The position numbers were made by a program, and so were the translations under genes. The notes under the pieces were generated by a model that searched no databases, had not been told where the DNA came from, and saw only the letters and a list, made by a program, of their open reading frames with translations. A stretch of 64,000 bases of DNA from the IMG/VR virus record IMGVR_UViG_3300044957_000763, positions 248,001-312,000 of that record; one strand, written 5' to 3'. Positions 47,547-58,394 of this stretch are shown piece by piece (the first letter of the stretch is position 1; every line of letters begins with the position of its first letter).

Positions 47547-49026
47547 TATGATTGTGAAAAGAATTTTCAATGTTTTGGCCTTGATGACCATGGCTGTTTT
47601 GAGTTTGGCACAAGAAGTCTTCGTGACGCCAAGCAACCACAATGGTTGGACTTTTGCTGTTGTAGGCCCAAACAAGACACCCTCTGCTCGCTGGTACATT
47701 GGTCACAATCAAGGAGTCAGTCATATTGGAAATGGCTCAATGTGGCTTTACACAGGCGACAATGATAGTGTGGTGTATGCCAGAAACACCAACCTAAAGG
47801 GTATTAAGGTGTCTGATATCGGCAAGTTGCGATATCGTACCTATACAAGCGGCGTGCTTAAAAACATTGCTCCACAACTGGTGTTACGCATTGATATTAC
47901 AGGCGATGGCAAGGGCGACGTGTCTCTATTCCACGAACCGTCTTTTCAAGGCAACATTCCTCGCAACCAGTGGTTTGAGTGGAATACGCTGTCTGGCAGG
48001 TGGTGGTGTGATAAGAATGGCATCAATGACCTCAAGACCTTGGACTCTTGGTTGCGCGAATACAATACCAACGCGGTAGTTGATTATTTGCAAATTCAAG
48101 CAGGTACGTGGGCAGACCCGAACAGCGCATGGGGGCGGTCTTGGCTTGGGGTTGATATTATTCATAGTGTTGTTGGACTTGGGCAAGATTTGATTTACAA
48201 TTTTGAACCAGACCCAGTGTCGCCGCCTCAAACCCAAAAACCAATCGCTAAGCCTATTGGCGATACCATTATCGTCAATCCGTTTATTGTGGTCAACCCC
48301 ATCGTTATTAACAACCCCGTTTACTACATTGATATGGGCAAAAAAGTCAATCAAAAGTTGGACATAGAAGGTGTTGATGATTCTAAACCCAAGAAAGACA
48401 CGCCTGAGCAAGACCCATACAAGACAGACGACAACATGTTTGTTCCATTGCTCTTTAGTGGAAACACCAATATAACAAACATTCTATCTCAGATTGGAGC
48501 AATTGGCAATCCTGACCAGCAACTTACAGCCGGCGGTGCATTTAAGTTCGGCGGGGTGCCATTCTATATCCCCAAAGGTCGTAACAACGTGTGGGACGCA
48601 CTCGCCTACAAAGACGAAGCAGAACACAAACTAACTGTTAAGGCCGGATTACAAGGCGCAATCGAAGTTCATACCATTATGAATTTGACTGTGTGGGGCA
48701 AAGAGAAAGCAGGCTTGTTTATTGAGTTTCGTGGTTCTGCTGGTGCGTATCACAAAGTTGATTTGGTTCCAGACCGTGATGTTCGAGACTGGCACAAGCG
48801 AGACAATGACAATATCGTCTCACCATCTCATGTGGTGTGGAGCCGGCCTATAAACACACACAATGGGCATCAACCGTGTGAGGTTCGGTTAGACTCTCAA
48901 TTCTTCAAGTTACCAGATGATTTTGCCAAACAAGAACTTACTTCTGTCACAATCGTTGACCAAGGCAACAAAAAGTCACACCGAGTGTTTGTTGTTGGTG
49001 TGACAGTAAAAATCAAGGTTAAGTAA
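47539..49026 (+). CDS. secreted multi-domain hypothetical protein
   Basis: signal-peptide-like KRIFNVLALMTMAVLSLAQ; Pro/Lys linkers. Confidence 0.65.
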   Translation: MGNMIVKRIFNVLALMTMAVLSLAQEVFVTPSNHNGWTFAVVGPNKTPSARWYIGHNQGVSHIGNGSMWLYTGDNDSVVYARNTNLKGIKVSDIGKLRYRTYTSGVLKNIAPQLVLRIDITGDGKGDVSLFHEPSFQGNIPRNQWFEWNTLSGRWWCDKNGINDLKTLDSWLREYNTNAVVDYLQIQAGTWADPNSAWGRSWLGVDIIHSVVGLGQDLIYNFEPDPVSPPQTQKPIAKPIGDTIIVNPFIVVNPIVINNPVYYIDMGKKVNQKLDIEGVDDSKPKKDTPEQDPYKTDDNMFVPLLFSGNTNITNILSQIGAIGNPDQQLTAGGAFKFGGVPFYIPKGRNNVWDALAYKDEAEHKLTVKAGLQGAIEVHTIMNLTVWGKEKAGLFIEFRGSAGAYHKVDLVPDRDVRDWHKRDNDNIVSPSHVVWSRPINTHNGHQPCEVRLDSQFFKLPDDFAKQELTSVTIVDQGNKKSHRVFVVGVTVKIKVK

Positions 49027-49027
49027 T

Positions 49028-49291
49028 ATGGTTCAAGAATACTGGAATTTAGGAGAAGAACAGTCCGCAACCAAGCAATGGCCACGCAACAGCGTACAAT
49101 GCCTTGGTAAAATCACCCGTGCGCTTGTTGAACTCAATGGACAAATGCTTTCGTCTCATATATTGCAGAGTGGATATTCTGAAGGTAGAGAACCTATTAT
49201 TATGAGAATTTCCTTACCTGTTGGTCAAAAGGAAAAATTTGAACAATTAGTTGGCTTTCCTCTCACTAAACCCGATGAGGTTGAAATCTAA
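49028..49291 (+). CDS. hypothetical protein
   Basis: 87-aa ORF. Confidence 0.55.
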   Translation: MVQEYWNLGEEQSATKQWPRNSVQCLGKITRALVELNGQMLSSHILQSGYSEGREPIIMRISLPVGQKEKFEQLVGFPLTKPDEVEI

Positions 49292-49292
49292 C

Positions 49293-49595
49293 ATGGGTAT
49301 GTTCGATACTTTTGTCTTTGATTGCCCTAATTGCGGCGCACAGATACAACAACAAACTAAGGAATTTGGTTGCACGCTGTCTATCTTAAAAGAGGGAACT
49401 GAACTAGAAAGCAGTTCTTGGGACAAGATTGACTTTACTGGATATTTACGTATCCAACACTATACTGAACCATATACATGTCAAGATTGCAAAAAGAACG
49501 CCTATGCAGCAATTTTGCGTGGTACAATTATCAAATTCTGCCCACAAGAAGAGGGTGAGGCGTTTACGGAAATGTTCGAAGGAGAAAAAGAATGA
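49293..49595 (+). CDS. zinc-ribbon hypothetical protein
   Basis: MGMFD...CPNCG, CQDC. Confidence 0.6.
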   Translation: MGMFDTFVFDCPNCGAQIQQQTKEFGCTLSILKEGTELESSSWDKIDFTGYLRIQHYTEPYTCQDCKKNAYAAILRGTIIKFCPQEEGEAFTEMFEGEKE

Positions 49596-49748
49596 CTACG
49601 ATTACTGGACAACGAAAGAAGCGAGAACCCAAGTGGTATGAAACACCAATTGGAAAAATCAGATTAAAATTCATTGTGATTGCCAGCAAAATGCCATTGA
49701 TTGGCAAGACCGTCAAGGCTAAATACTATAATTTGCCAGGTGTTGGCA

Positions 49749-50072
49749 ATGCCAAAAATCCCCGATAAATACGATACACCTGATAATGTGTACTGGCTGT
49801 TAGACCGCATTGAGAATATGCGCACGTTTAACGCCGTGGTTGATGCTATTACAGACCTCAAGCTGGAGGATATCAACGACGCCAGCGAACAAGAAATCTC
49901 AGAAGCACTCGAGAGATACACAGACCCAGGAGTAAACACAATGGCGGCCACAATGGCTATACAGCGATTTTATTCGCGATTGCACGATTTAGGTGCGACA
50001 ATATCTATGGTGGCATTGACACATCGTAGCAACGCCCCGTATATACCAATAGAAAAGTTACAGGAGAAGTAA
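49749..50072 (+). CDS. hypothetical protein
   Basis: coding-like ORF, start uncertain. Confidence 0.5.
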   Translation: MPKIPDKYDTPDNVYWLLDRIENMRTFNAVVDAITDLKLEDINDASEQEISEALERYTDPGVNTMAATMAIQRFYSRLHDLGATISMVALTHRSNAPYIPIEKLQEK

Positions 50073-50073
50073 C

Positions 50074-50340
50074 ATGGAACTTTTACACGTATATGCCTCG
50101 GATTTTCCACACGGAGAGGTTTATATCGCCGGCACAAAGGATGGTTTAAGATTGCTTAAAAAAGCCATTGAAGACGCAATCGAGAATGAAAAGAGCACGA
50201 GTGATGAATTCTACACAAATGATGGAGAGGGATACAACGTTTTGATTGCAGCCGTAGACGAAGGCACAATGACATCATATGTTGAACCATACGCCGAATT
50301 GCAACGTAACGGACCGGGTCCGTGGTTGATTTGGCGGTGA
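50074..50340 (+). CDS. hypothetical protein
   Basis: 88 aa; GGAG SD. Confidence 0.6.
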   Translation: MELLHVYASDFPHGEVYIAGTKDGLRLLKKAIEDAIENEKSTSDEFYTNDGEGYNVLIAAVDEGTMTSYVEPYAELQRNGPGPWLIWR

Positions 50341-50361
50341 TAAATGTGGTAGGATAGAACA

Positions 50362-50907
50362 ATGAGCCTTTACAACATGATGAACGGGTACAACGAGCAC
50401 GCTGGTTTGTTATGCCATATTCTGGGACTTAAGGTCAGAGAAGACATGGAAGGAACTCCAGTGGGTAGATTTCGTGACATCAGTCTCAACGCAGACGGAA
50501 CCGAAATCTACCTTCTAACCAGGAATGGTGGTGGTAATCGTGAGTGCTGGAACAATACAGAAGATTCAACATCAGGAAATTGTCTTTGTCCTGGTTGTAT
50601 TCAGACCCAATTGTTGCCACAACATGAAAACTACATCAACGACCGTGACGACGACTTTGATTGCACTTTCGCAATCACTATTTTCAGTGTTCCAAAAGAG
50701 TATTTGGAACTCACTAAGTCGCTGGCCACTGGCGAAGAACCGATGACGCTTGAGCAGAAGACCATGGCTTCAATTGAGCGCATTAAGAACATGTCGTCTA
50801 AAGAACTACGCGCAGACCCTGGCATTGGCGGATTGATGAATCAACTTGAGGAAGCACTGCAACAATCAGGTGCGATTGCCATGCTGGACGCTGACATTCA
50901 GCAATGA
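50362..50907 (+). CDS. conserved phage hypothetical protein
   Basis: GRFRD, TRNGGGNRE, DDDFDCT; leaderless promoter. Confidence 0.65.
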   Translation: MSLYNMMNGYNEHAGLLCHILGLKVREDMEGTPVGRFRDISLNADGTEIYLLTRNGGGNRECWNNTEDSTSGNCLCPGCIQTQLLPQHENYINDRDDDFDCTFAITIFSVPKEYLELTKSLATGEEPMTLEQKTMASIERIKNMSSKELRADPGIGGLMNQLEEALQQSGAIAMLDADIQQ

Positions 50908-52052
50908 GCAAACTTCCAAAGAACAAGACTACTGTGTGGTTGACTAACTACTCAGCAGGAACCATTGAAGAGAAAATATTAGTCAAGAGAAAGTCTGGAG
51001 TATATAGCATTCAGCATACAGATATTATCTTAGACCACACACTCACACCAAGCATCGAGCAATCTATTGCAGAACAAAACACTGACGAACATGTATACTC
51101 ATGGGGTGTAAAATTAAACACCACGCTGTCTATTGCGTCTAGTCTTGACTGGGCATTGTGGTGTTTAGAATCTGAAAAGTCAAATAATGAAAAGCGGCTT
51201 GAAACGATAAATCAAATCCTGCAAACCTATAACATTGGGGACTCGTCATTATTGCACAATATGCAACCATTTGTGCATGCACAACTTGTGCGACTGAATA
51301 GCGATGACACTAGTGGTTTTGTAGAGGTGTATTACAAGTCAAATTGGAGCAGCGCTATGCATCAATCAATGGGGCGCAATGCTAACTTGTTGTTGCACCA
51401 GGGTCTTGGTGTGAAAGAAGGCCGACTAAGCCAAGAAAACATGTATGTGCGAATCGGTCGGTATGGTGTTGGGTTCTACATTACTGATGATTTGTTTAAC
51501 GAACTTGTTCACGAATCGCAAAGTTTAATTGACCAAGCAGAAACAGTAAAACAATTACAGGCAATGTGGGGCAATCACCAATATGGATTCAGTATTGAAT
51601 TCCAACAGAGTCCGCCGCACCCATATATGGCATACAAGAATCACTGGTGTCATTTTGAAGAGGGCGATTATGAACGAGCGCAAAAAATAATTTCAAAACA
51701 ATTGCCTACGGCTTTGTCGGTTGCAGCACGGTCTAACTTAAAAACAAAATCCAAAGCCCCGGTTGTGCAATTCGCACTGTCTCGTTCCGCAGCCGAACGC
51801 GAAGGTGTGAATAGTGAAACTGATGGACATTGTTTGATTGAATACTCCGCAAAGGCCGATTTGCGCAAAAACACATACTATGGAATGAGTAAACCACTAA
51901 CAGGATTGTGCTTTGGGCGCACAGATGGCACTGTTAGCTTGTATATTCAAGGAGACCCAAATCACGTGCACAAGTTGACCGCAGAGGCTTATAGACAATT
52001 GATGCGCAAATCTACTAGCGTTCTTGACGCACTTATTGAGGCAGACCAATGA
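50904..52052 (+). CDS. hypothetical protein with TSVLDALI tail
   Basis: 382-aa ORF. Confidence 0.7.
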   Translation: MSKLPKNKTTVWLTNYSAGTIEEKILVKRKSGVYSIQHTDIILDHTLTPSIEQSIAEQNTDEHVYSWGVKLNTTLSIASSLDWALWCLESEKSNNEKRLETINQILQTYNIGDSSLLHNMQPFVHAQLVRLNSDDTSGFVEVYYKSNWSSAMHQSMGRNANLLLHQGLGVKEGRLSQENMYVRIGRYGVGFYITDDLFNELVHESQSLIDQAETVKQLQAMWGNHQYGFSIEFQQSPPHPYMAYKNHWCHFEEGDYERAQKIISKQLPTALSVAARSNLKTKSKAPVVQFALSRSAAEREGVNSETDGHCLIEYSAKADLRKNTYYGMSKPLTGLCFGRTDGTVSLYIQGDPNHVHKLTAEAYRQLMRKSTSVLDALIEADQ

Positions 52053-52223
52053 TTACATTACACCACGACCATGAAGCCGTCACTATTGACGAACCTCATC
52101 TTAACCTCATGCGCTCGTTTCAACTGTCGACTGAAACCGCATATGTCGAACGCATTAGAGTAACATAATTGTGCCTGAAATTCAATCATGCACGACTCGT
52201 ATTAGATGTGATATAATCAAGAC

Positions 52224-52571
52224 ATGGGAATGAATCTCTCTGTCTACGCAGGCCCAATGGTTGAAATTAAGTCTGATGGTCCACTTGGTACGTCACGTGA
52301 CATGCGCGAGTTTGCTTATGAAATACTGGAAGAGGCACTTTGGGTACCAGAAATCCATGGAGACCCTCTGTATTTCTTGCCCAATTGGCATGACTTTGCC
52401 GTATTCAGTGGCACATGGTCAAAATACGATAGTGATTCTCCAAATATAATCAATCCAGACATAGAATCGGACAAAAGTTGGTTTGCCAACCAAATCCAAG
52501 ACCTAACAAGTCAATTCCCTGAAGGCACTCAATATGAAATCATTTGGGGAGTGGTATCATATTGGATATAA
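52224..52571 (+). CDS. hypothetical protein (paralog A)
   Basis: VYAGP motif; leaderless promoter. Confidence 0.65.
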   Translation: MGMNLSVYAGPMVEIKSDGPLGTSRDMREFAYEILEEALWVPEIHGDPLYFLPNWHDFAVFSGTWSKYDSDSPNIINPDIESDKSWFANQIQDLTSQFPEGTQYEIIWGVVSYWI

Positions 52572-52912
52572 ACCCAGAATGGTATAGAGTATACGCCGGC
52601 CCTGTGGTAGTTATTGGAATTGAACACGAACAATATGTTCAATTGTTTTGTGAATCATGTGATGGTGATTTCAGAACAGTAAAAAACCCCAATGCAATCA
52701 TTTTGATTCCAAATTCAATGGAGTTAAGACAATTCGGAGATATTTTCTCTTGCTACGGCTCAGACACGAGTTTTTTAGACTCTCCTGATTGTTTTCAGGC
52801 TATCGTCAATCTAATTAAAGCTGCTGCCATACACCTTGCAAAACTCGCAACCGATGCGATAGAATATGATGTGATGTGGGCGTGTGTTGAGTTCAATGAG
52901 GAATCGCAATGA
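52544..52912 (+). CDS. hypothetical protein (paralog B)
   Basis: VYAGP motif; start uncertain. Confidence 0.6.
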   Translation: MGSGIILDINPEWYRVYAGPVVVIGIEHEQYVQLFCESCDGDFRTVKNPNAIILIPNSMELRQFGDIFSCYGSDTSFLDSPDCFQAIVNLIKAAAIHLAKLATDAIEYDVMWACVEFNEESQ

Positions 52913-53964
52913 ACGAAGATGAAATCCTTAATCTGATAAAGTCAAACGTTATTTCAAACAAGGAAATGGAATTGCTGTATTCAAAATACACCAATGACCC
53001 AATTTCTTTCAACGACATGTGGACTATAAAACATAGTTTAACTGCATCCACCGACTACGATTACGGAACCTTAGTATTCAATCGGCTAAAAGATGTATTC
53101 AATCGGCTAAAAGATAATGACAAGGAGTTGCGTAAAAAAATCGCAAAGATTGTTAAACTATGGACTGGAGTTTATAAAACAGGATTCAAAGCACTTACAC
53201 CTGATTTGCTGACCTCTCTCAATGAACAATGCAATCAGATTGCAACATGTGTGGCCAACCGAGACAGCCTGTTGCCAAGATGTTTTGAGTATGGATATAG
53301 TCAAGAAGAAGTAAGTGATTTTGCACAAACATATAGCCACATTGAAAAAGCGGTCGTATATTGTATTACACAGTCATGGTGCGCAAGCACAGGCAAAAAC
53401 ACTGACGCAGACCAACAAGATGTTCTTGCAAACTTGATTGGGCTCAATATATCCGAAGAAATCAACACAAACATGCTTCAGATTATTACTGTGTCTCCTT
53501 GGGACATGCCGCCGCTTCCGCCGCTTGTGATACCGGAACGACCAGCAGTTATTCTTGAAGTAATGAAAGTTGGCGAAGGATGGGTGAATGCAGGCTGGGA
53601 AGACTTGTTCAACCCAATTGTTATGGTTGAATGCTTAGAAGTAGATGAGCCACTCTCTATTGGTGACCGAATCATTGTCAAAGGTTCTAAATGGAACCCA
53701 AAAACCTCGTTGATTCAAGAGCCAGAATATGACGGTATAGCAGAACCTGAATGCCCATTGTCAACCGAAGAAGAACTATTGGAGCTTAGATACGAATTCA
53801 ACCCAGAACAGGAACAAGAGAGGCTATATGACAACCACAAAAAGGCGTGGATGAAGTCCAATTGGATAGCGCATACAGAAGAACAACTGTGCAAAATCGC
53901 GGATGGAAAAACACTTGAAGAAATATTTGATGAAGCAATTTCAGATTTGATTGCTCAAATTTGA
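52909..53964 (+). CDS. hypothetical protein
   Basis: 351-aa ORF. Confidence 0.7.
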   Translation: MNEDEILNLIKSNVISNKEMELLYSKYTNDPISFNDMWTIKHSLTASTDYDYGTLVFNRLKDVFNRLKDNDKELRKKIAKIVKLWTGVYKTGFKALTPDLLTSLNEQCNQIATCVANRDSLLPRCFEYGYSQEEVSDFAQTYSHIEKAVVYCITQSWCASTGKNTDADQQDVLANLIGLNISEEINTNMLQIITVSPWDMPPLPPLVIPERPAVILEVMKVGEGWVNAGWEDLFNPIVMVECLEVDEPLSIGDRIIVKGSKWNPKTSLIQEPEYDGIAEPECPLSTEEELLELRYEFNPEQEQERLYDNHKKAWMKSNWIAHTEEQLCKIADGKTLEEIFDEAISDLIAQI

Positions 53965-54089
53965 AATTTTCCAACACAGAATATAACAGAAAATGTGTCT
54001 TGGATATACAGCACATACAGCACATGCAACAAAGAATTGTACAGTTCGACAACACTCAAATCCATCAATACAGTTTAAGGAATTATAAC

Positions 54090-54638
54090 ATGGCCAATCA
54101 CGCATACGTCACAACCAAAAAACACATGACGCCAGAGAAGGTTCGTTCTGTTCTAGACAGATTAAACACAGAGCTGTTCTTCGATTGTTTGGTGATTACA
54201 GACACTGTGTACGATGATGGTACATCTGGGTGGCATATCTGCATCAAGGGCGAAAGCGAATACGTACTAAGGCAGTGCTGGCTAAACAGCCGCCGCAGTT
54301 TTGAAATCAGACACGGCGGCGGCACAGACTTTATATGGTGGGTAGACCAACGAATTCAAGACGAAATCAGCAAGGTCTTCGACGGCCGCGTCAAGGACGA
54401 CGGCGGTGATGGGTGGGATGAAGTTCTAACGTCTTGGAATATGGCAGATTCATACCCAGAACATATCAAAAGGCGCATAGAGTCGTATAAGAAGTGGGCA
54501 ATTGCAGAAGGCAGGGTGTGGGACCATATTTGGGTGATGTGCCTTAGTAAAATGCGATGGATGCTTTGGGATTATCCAAAGTCATACCGCGAACCATACA
54601 AGGCCGCACAAAGGAAGAAGAAACATGCACATGCATGA
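54090..54638 (+). CDS. hypothetical protein
   Basis: AAGGA SD before MANHAYV. Confidence 0.65.
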   Translation: MANHAYVTTKKHMTPEKVRSVLDRLNTELFFDCLVITDTVYDDGTSGWHICIKGESEYVLRQCWLNSRRSFEIRHGGGTDFIWWVDQRIQDEISKVFDGRVKDDGGDGWDEVLTSWNMADSYPEHIKRRIESYKKWAIAEGRVWDHIWVMCLSKMRWMLWDYPKSYREPYKAAQRKKKHAHA

Positions 54639-54688
54639 GACCTTCTGAGTTGACAAATCACCGTGTGATAAGGTAGTATTACAAAGTA

Positions 54689-55492
54689 ATGAGACGCTCA
54701 AGAGAAACATCTATCATTCGCGATGACAACGGGGTTGTTATCGGTGTCACTATGAAGGCTGATTTTACAGCAGAGCACGAATGGGGCATCAAAGACCTCA
54801 AAAACACTCTCGGGGTAAATGACACCAAGTTGGGCATCAAAGGCCGAATCATCAATAACTGCGGACGATTGTTCTACTTCAAAACCAACAAGGGCGCATA
54901 CTTGTGCGTCCCTGGGTACTTTGACCCCAAACCTGAAAACCTGGACAAAGAAGGCGAGTTGCACGGCTGGAGAGAAACGCTTTCTAGCGCATGGAGCGGA
55001 CAGGACATGTACATCTATGCCAAGGGCGAAAAAGATGTACTTGCTCTTGAAGAGATTTACAAGCAAGCGCAAAAGAAAAATGTCGCTATTGGACTTGGCG
55101 GGGCAGACCCTCGAAATCCGTTCGACCGCGCGGGACTCAATATCATGATTGTGTCTAATATGCCAAAAGACGTTTTGCAGAAAATCTATGATGATGACCT
55201 GGATTATCAGAACCTACAAAAAGCCGACAAGAAAACTAAGCTGAAAGAGGCTATCAATGCCAAGTACAAGGACACATGGAAAAAACCAAGTATTAGAGCT
55301 GGGTGGGCAAATGGTCACAGCGCAACTCGTGAGGGCAAGCCTATCGCAGAGGCAACGAAGTACGCTGTTGTTTACTGGCTCAATGCAGGAGATTATTACG
55401 GGTGGTACACTGTAGAAGAAATTCGCGAGTGGCTAAAAACTGACAAAGGAATCATTGCAAGCGAAAAGAATAAAAAACACGCAAGTGTGTAA
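54689..55492 (+). CDS. hypothetical protein
   Basis: 267-aa ORF. Confidence 0.7.
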   Translation: MRRSRETSIIRDDNGVVIGVTMKADFTAEHEWGIKDLKNTLGVNDTKLGIKGRIINNCGRLFYFKTNKGAYLCVPGYFDPKPENLDKEGELHGWRETLSSAWSGQDMYIYAKGEKDVLALEEIYKQAQKKNVAIGLGGADPRNPFDRAGLNIMIVSNMPKDVLQKIYDDDLDYQNLQKADKKTKLKEAINAKYKDTWKKPSIRAGWANGHSATREGKPIAEATKYAVVYWLNAGDYYGWYTVEEIREWLKTDKGIIASEKNKKHASV

Positions 55493-55508
55493 ATTTGGGT
55501 CTATAAAA

Positions 55509-55838
55509 ATGAAAATCAACAATGAAGAGGCCAGAAAACTGTCATTTAGCTTTCACGAATGCCTAAGTCAACAATTCAATGATAGTGTTTCTGGAATTAT
55601 TTATGATATAGATAATTCCATCAAAGCTGACGCCGAAAAGGGGTTTTTTGATACGCAGTTCACACTTGCTAAAAACTCGTTTATGAGTCACGTCGTGCGC
55701 AAAAACCGCCTCGGCCTGTATGTTCTCACTAATGAAGGCCAAAAAGTATGGTCTATCCTTCAAAGTTGTGGATTCTGTGTAAAAAAATCTTGGTTTACTG
55801 GCACTATATACGTTAACTGGAAAAAATCAAGTTCTTGA
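55509..55838 (+). CDS. hypothetical protein
   Basis: ORF starting MKINNEEAR. Confidence 0.55.
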   Translation: MKINNEEARKLSFSFHECLSQQFNDSVSGIIYDIDNSIKADAEKGFFDTQFTLAKNSFMSHVVRKNRLGLYVLTNEGQKVWSILQSCGFCVKKSWFTGTIYVNWKKSSS

Positions 55839-56091
55839 TATTAGGAATAATGCAAATTAAACTCTTCTGGAAACCAGACCTTGCTAACGCCTATTTTGTT
55901 GCTGAGAAACAGTCAAGATGCGACCAACCAGTTTTGCTCGAGCCTACATCAAAAAAGCCAGAAAGAGCGCAGAAGACATCGTAATTCGTTGGTTCAAAGG
56001 CATGGGCATTGATGTCACTGTTGAAAAGCCGAAATTTGAAAAGGAAAAGCCGTGGGCGATTAAGGCGATAAACAAAACTGTATAAGCATTC

Positions 56092-57156
56092 TTGTCGAGC
56101 ATGAAACCTAGAGTTTTGCTGCGACAGGAGCTTAATATGCCTATTACACCTAACGAAGTTGCTATTATGCGCAACGAATGCACAGTCAACAAACTGTGCG
56201 CACTTATCGACAAGAAACTTGAACAGTACACAGAAACAGAACTACTAGAGTTCTCATTCCACGCCGGAACCGGCGCCCAAATTGAACAAACTATCCTCGA
56301 GACCTACAGACAGGCCGGATGGAATGTCTCACTTGACTACAGCGCACACAAATTAGTGTTCTGCCCAGCCGGTGAAACCAATCAAAATGTAGCACTGCGC
56401 GAATCTCATTTAGCCGAGGTCTTAGAAACAGTCAGCAGACTAATTACGCACATATCAATCGCCAGAAAGATATTAATGGTGGATGCTCTGGAAAATGATA
56501 TTGTTGGTTCATACATTGACGAATCGAATGATGCACAATCATTGTGCATCAATAACCTTGGTCAAGTGGTGGATTACACAGGTCCGGACTCAAACAATCT
56601 CATACATCTGCGCGAGTATGTAAAAACAGACTGCAAAAGCACTATAATTGCCAACACACTCGTTGAGCAGGAAGAGGCTCTTGTGGCCAAGCTGTTGAAT
56701 TCGGCCGCAACACACGAACAAACCATTTACACCTATTCAGACACATTCAACAGAGCGGTGCTTGATTCAATGTCGTCACTGGAGAATCTCGGTCTAATGC
56801 CCGCCAAGTTGATAATGAATGCTTTTACGTACAGAAGACTGATGTACTTGGATTGTATTCATGGTAAGTTTGAAGAATGTACGCAACGAGACATACTCAT
56901 GCGCGGACTATATGCCCATCTTTTCACAATGGATGTACATATCTGTCAATCAATTCCTGTTGATTTTGCTTACATTGTGCCCCCGGCACAACTCCTTGGA
57001 GTGTTCACAATCCCAAAAACCAAAGGGTTCCACGTGTATGCAGATGAAGTTGCAACTCATGGTCTGCATACCGAATCAAGGTTGGTGAGTGAAACCAACT
57101 CGTACCAGACCCTGATTTATCCACAGCATGTGAGAAAAATCGCAATACGTTGGTAA
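56092..57156 (+). CDS. hypothetical protein; C-terminal half resembles large-phage major capsid protein
   Basis: TQRDILMRGLYAHLFTMDVHICQSIP recalled as similar to jumbo-phage capsid segments; not verified. Confidence 0.5.
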   Translation: MSSMKPRVLLRQELNMPITPNEVAIMRNECTVNKLCALIDKKLEQYTETELLEFSFHAGTGAQIEQTILETYRQAGWNVSLDYSAHKLVFCPAGETNQNVALRESHLAEVLETVSRLITHISIARKILMVDALENDIVGSYIDESNDAQSLCINNLGQVVDYTGPDSNNLIHLREYVKTDCKSTIIANTLVEQEEALVAKLLNSAATHEQTIYTYSDTFNRAVLDSMSSLENLGLMPAKLIMNAFTYRRLMYLDCIHGKFEECTQRDILMRGLYAHLFTMDVHICQSIPVDFAYIVPPAQLLGVFTIPKTKGFHVYADEVATHGLHTESRLVSETNSYQTLIYPQHVRKIAIRW

Positions 57157-57205
57157 AACAGTATACCAGTTGCGTCACAACAGACACAACTGGTATACTC
57201 CTAAC

Positions 57206-57382
57206 ATGACCGAAATCGAATACACCGAACTTGAAGTCGAAAAGATGCGTGCGTGGCTGATTCAAGCCGGCGCAGGTGGTGCTTTTGCATCACCTAACAC
57301 ACCAACCTACTGGGAGGCCGAACAAATCATTGAAGAGTTTGAGAAGCGTGTCCCAGAACCAGAACGCAAGTGGATTATCTAA
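57206..57382 (+). CDS. small hypothetical protein
   Basis: TGG-TATACT 6 nt before ATG. Confidence 0.55.
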   Translation: MTEIEYTELEVEKMRAWLIQAGAGGAFASPNTPTYWEAEQIIEEFEKRVPEPERKWII

Positions 57383-57424
57383 CCACCCTTGACAGACCGC
57401 ACCATTCGGTGCTACAATATCAAT

Positions 57425-57760
57425 ATGCCACGAATCAAAGTAAACAACAAAGAAATCGTCGTGTGCTTCCAGCACGGTCAACAGCCTAGTCGTTATGTTG
57501 GCGCAATTCGCAATCACATTCCAGCGCAAATTGCAAATCCAGTGCCCAATACTGACTACACTAAGTGTGTCGTTCTTGTCGGAGAAAATAACTGTCGTGA
57601 CGAAGATAAGTCGACCGTTGGCAAAGCCACCGTTGTGCGTTACTACAAGGACGCGCCGAATCGCGTTGTCGCTCGGCGCATCGCACTGCAAAAGGCATTG
57701 GAAAACTCTTCGCTTAACCACTATGAACGAGAAGCTGTCTGGTCACTGATTCGCAAATGA
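57425..57760 (+). CDS. hypothetical protein
   Basis: TTGACA-18-TACAAT-6-ATG. Confidence 0.65.
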   Translation: MPRIKVNNKEIVVCFQHGQQPSRYVGAIRNHIPAQIANPVPNTDYTKCVVLVGENNCRDEDKSTVGKATVVRYYKDAPNRVVARRIALQKALENSSLNHYEREAVWSLIRK

Positions 57761-58362
57761 AAACGATTCTGCACCTGTGCGCAGACACAGGAAGCGACTC
57801 TAAGCCTTATGCCGACCATGGATACAATGTTATCCTGGTCGGCAGTGCTATTGGTGTAGAACACTTTCACCCACCACCCGACGTACATGGAATCATAGCC
57901 AACCCCGTGTGCACCGAGTTCAGCATCGCACCAGGATTCCACAAAGAACGCGACTACGACAAAGGTTTGTTTCTGGTGCGAGAATGCCAGCGCATTGTCT
58001 CAGAATGCAATCCTGAATGGTGGGTAATGGAAAACCCCGCCACAGGGCGTCTGAAGGAGTTTCTAGGCGCACCCGTCATGACTTATGAACCGTGGGAGTT
58101 CGGTTCGCCATGGACTAAAAAAACGGCATTGTGGGGCAAATTCAACAAACCACAGAAGATTTACAGCCGTTGGGAAGACGTGCCCAAGATTGACGGTCTG
58201 TATACCAGACCTGGAAGGTCAAAGCCGTCACTTGCATTCATGCACAAAAGCCATGCCAAACTCATTCCAGAATTCGCTTGCTTCAACCCGGAAAGCGATA
58301 TGGAATTCCGCTCATTGTGCTCACAAAAGTTCGCACAAGCGTTCTTTGAGGCAAATCCTTAA
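57757..58362 (+). CDS. short C5-cytosine DNA methyltransferase-like protein
   Basis: ILHLC, ANPVCTEFS (catalytic Cys), MENP, PWEFG..KKTALW. Confidence 0.75.
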   Translation: MKTILHLCADTGSDSKPYADHGYNVILVGSAIGVEHFHPPPDVHGIIANPVCTEFSIAPGFHKERDYDKGLFLVRECQRIVSECNPEWWVMENPATGRLKEFLGAPVMTYEPWEFGSPWTKKTALWGKFNKPQKIYSRWEDVPKIDGLYTRPGRSKPSLAFMHKSHAKLIPEFACFNPESDMEFRSLCSQKFAQAFFEANP

Positions 58363-58394
58363 AAGAACAAGACCAAGAAGAATACGCAAGATGT

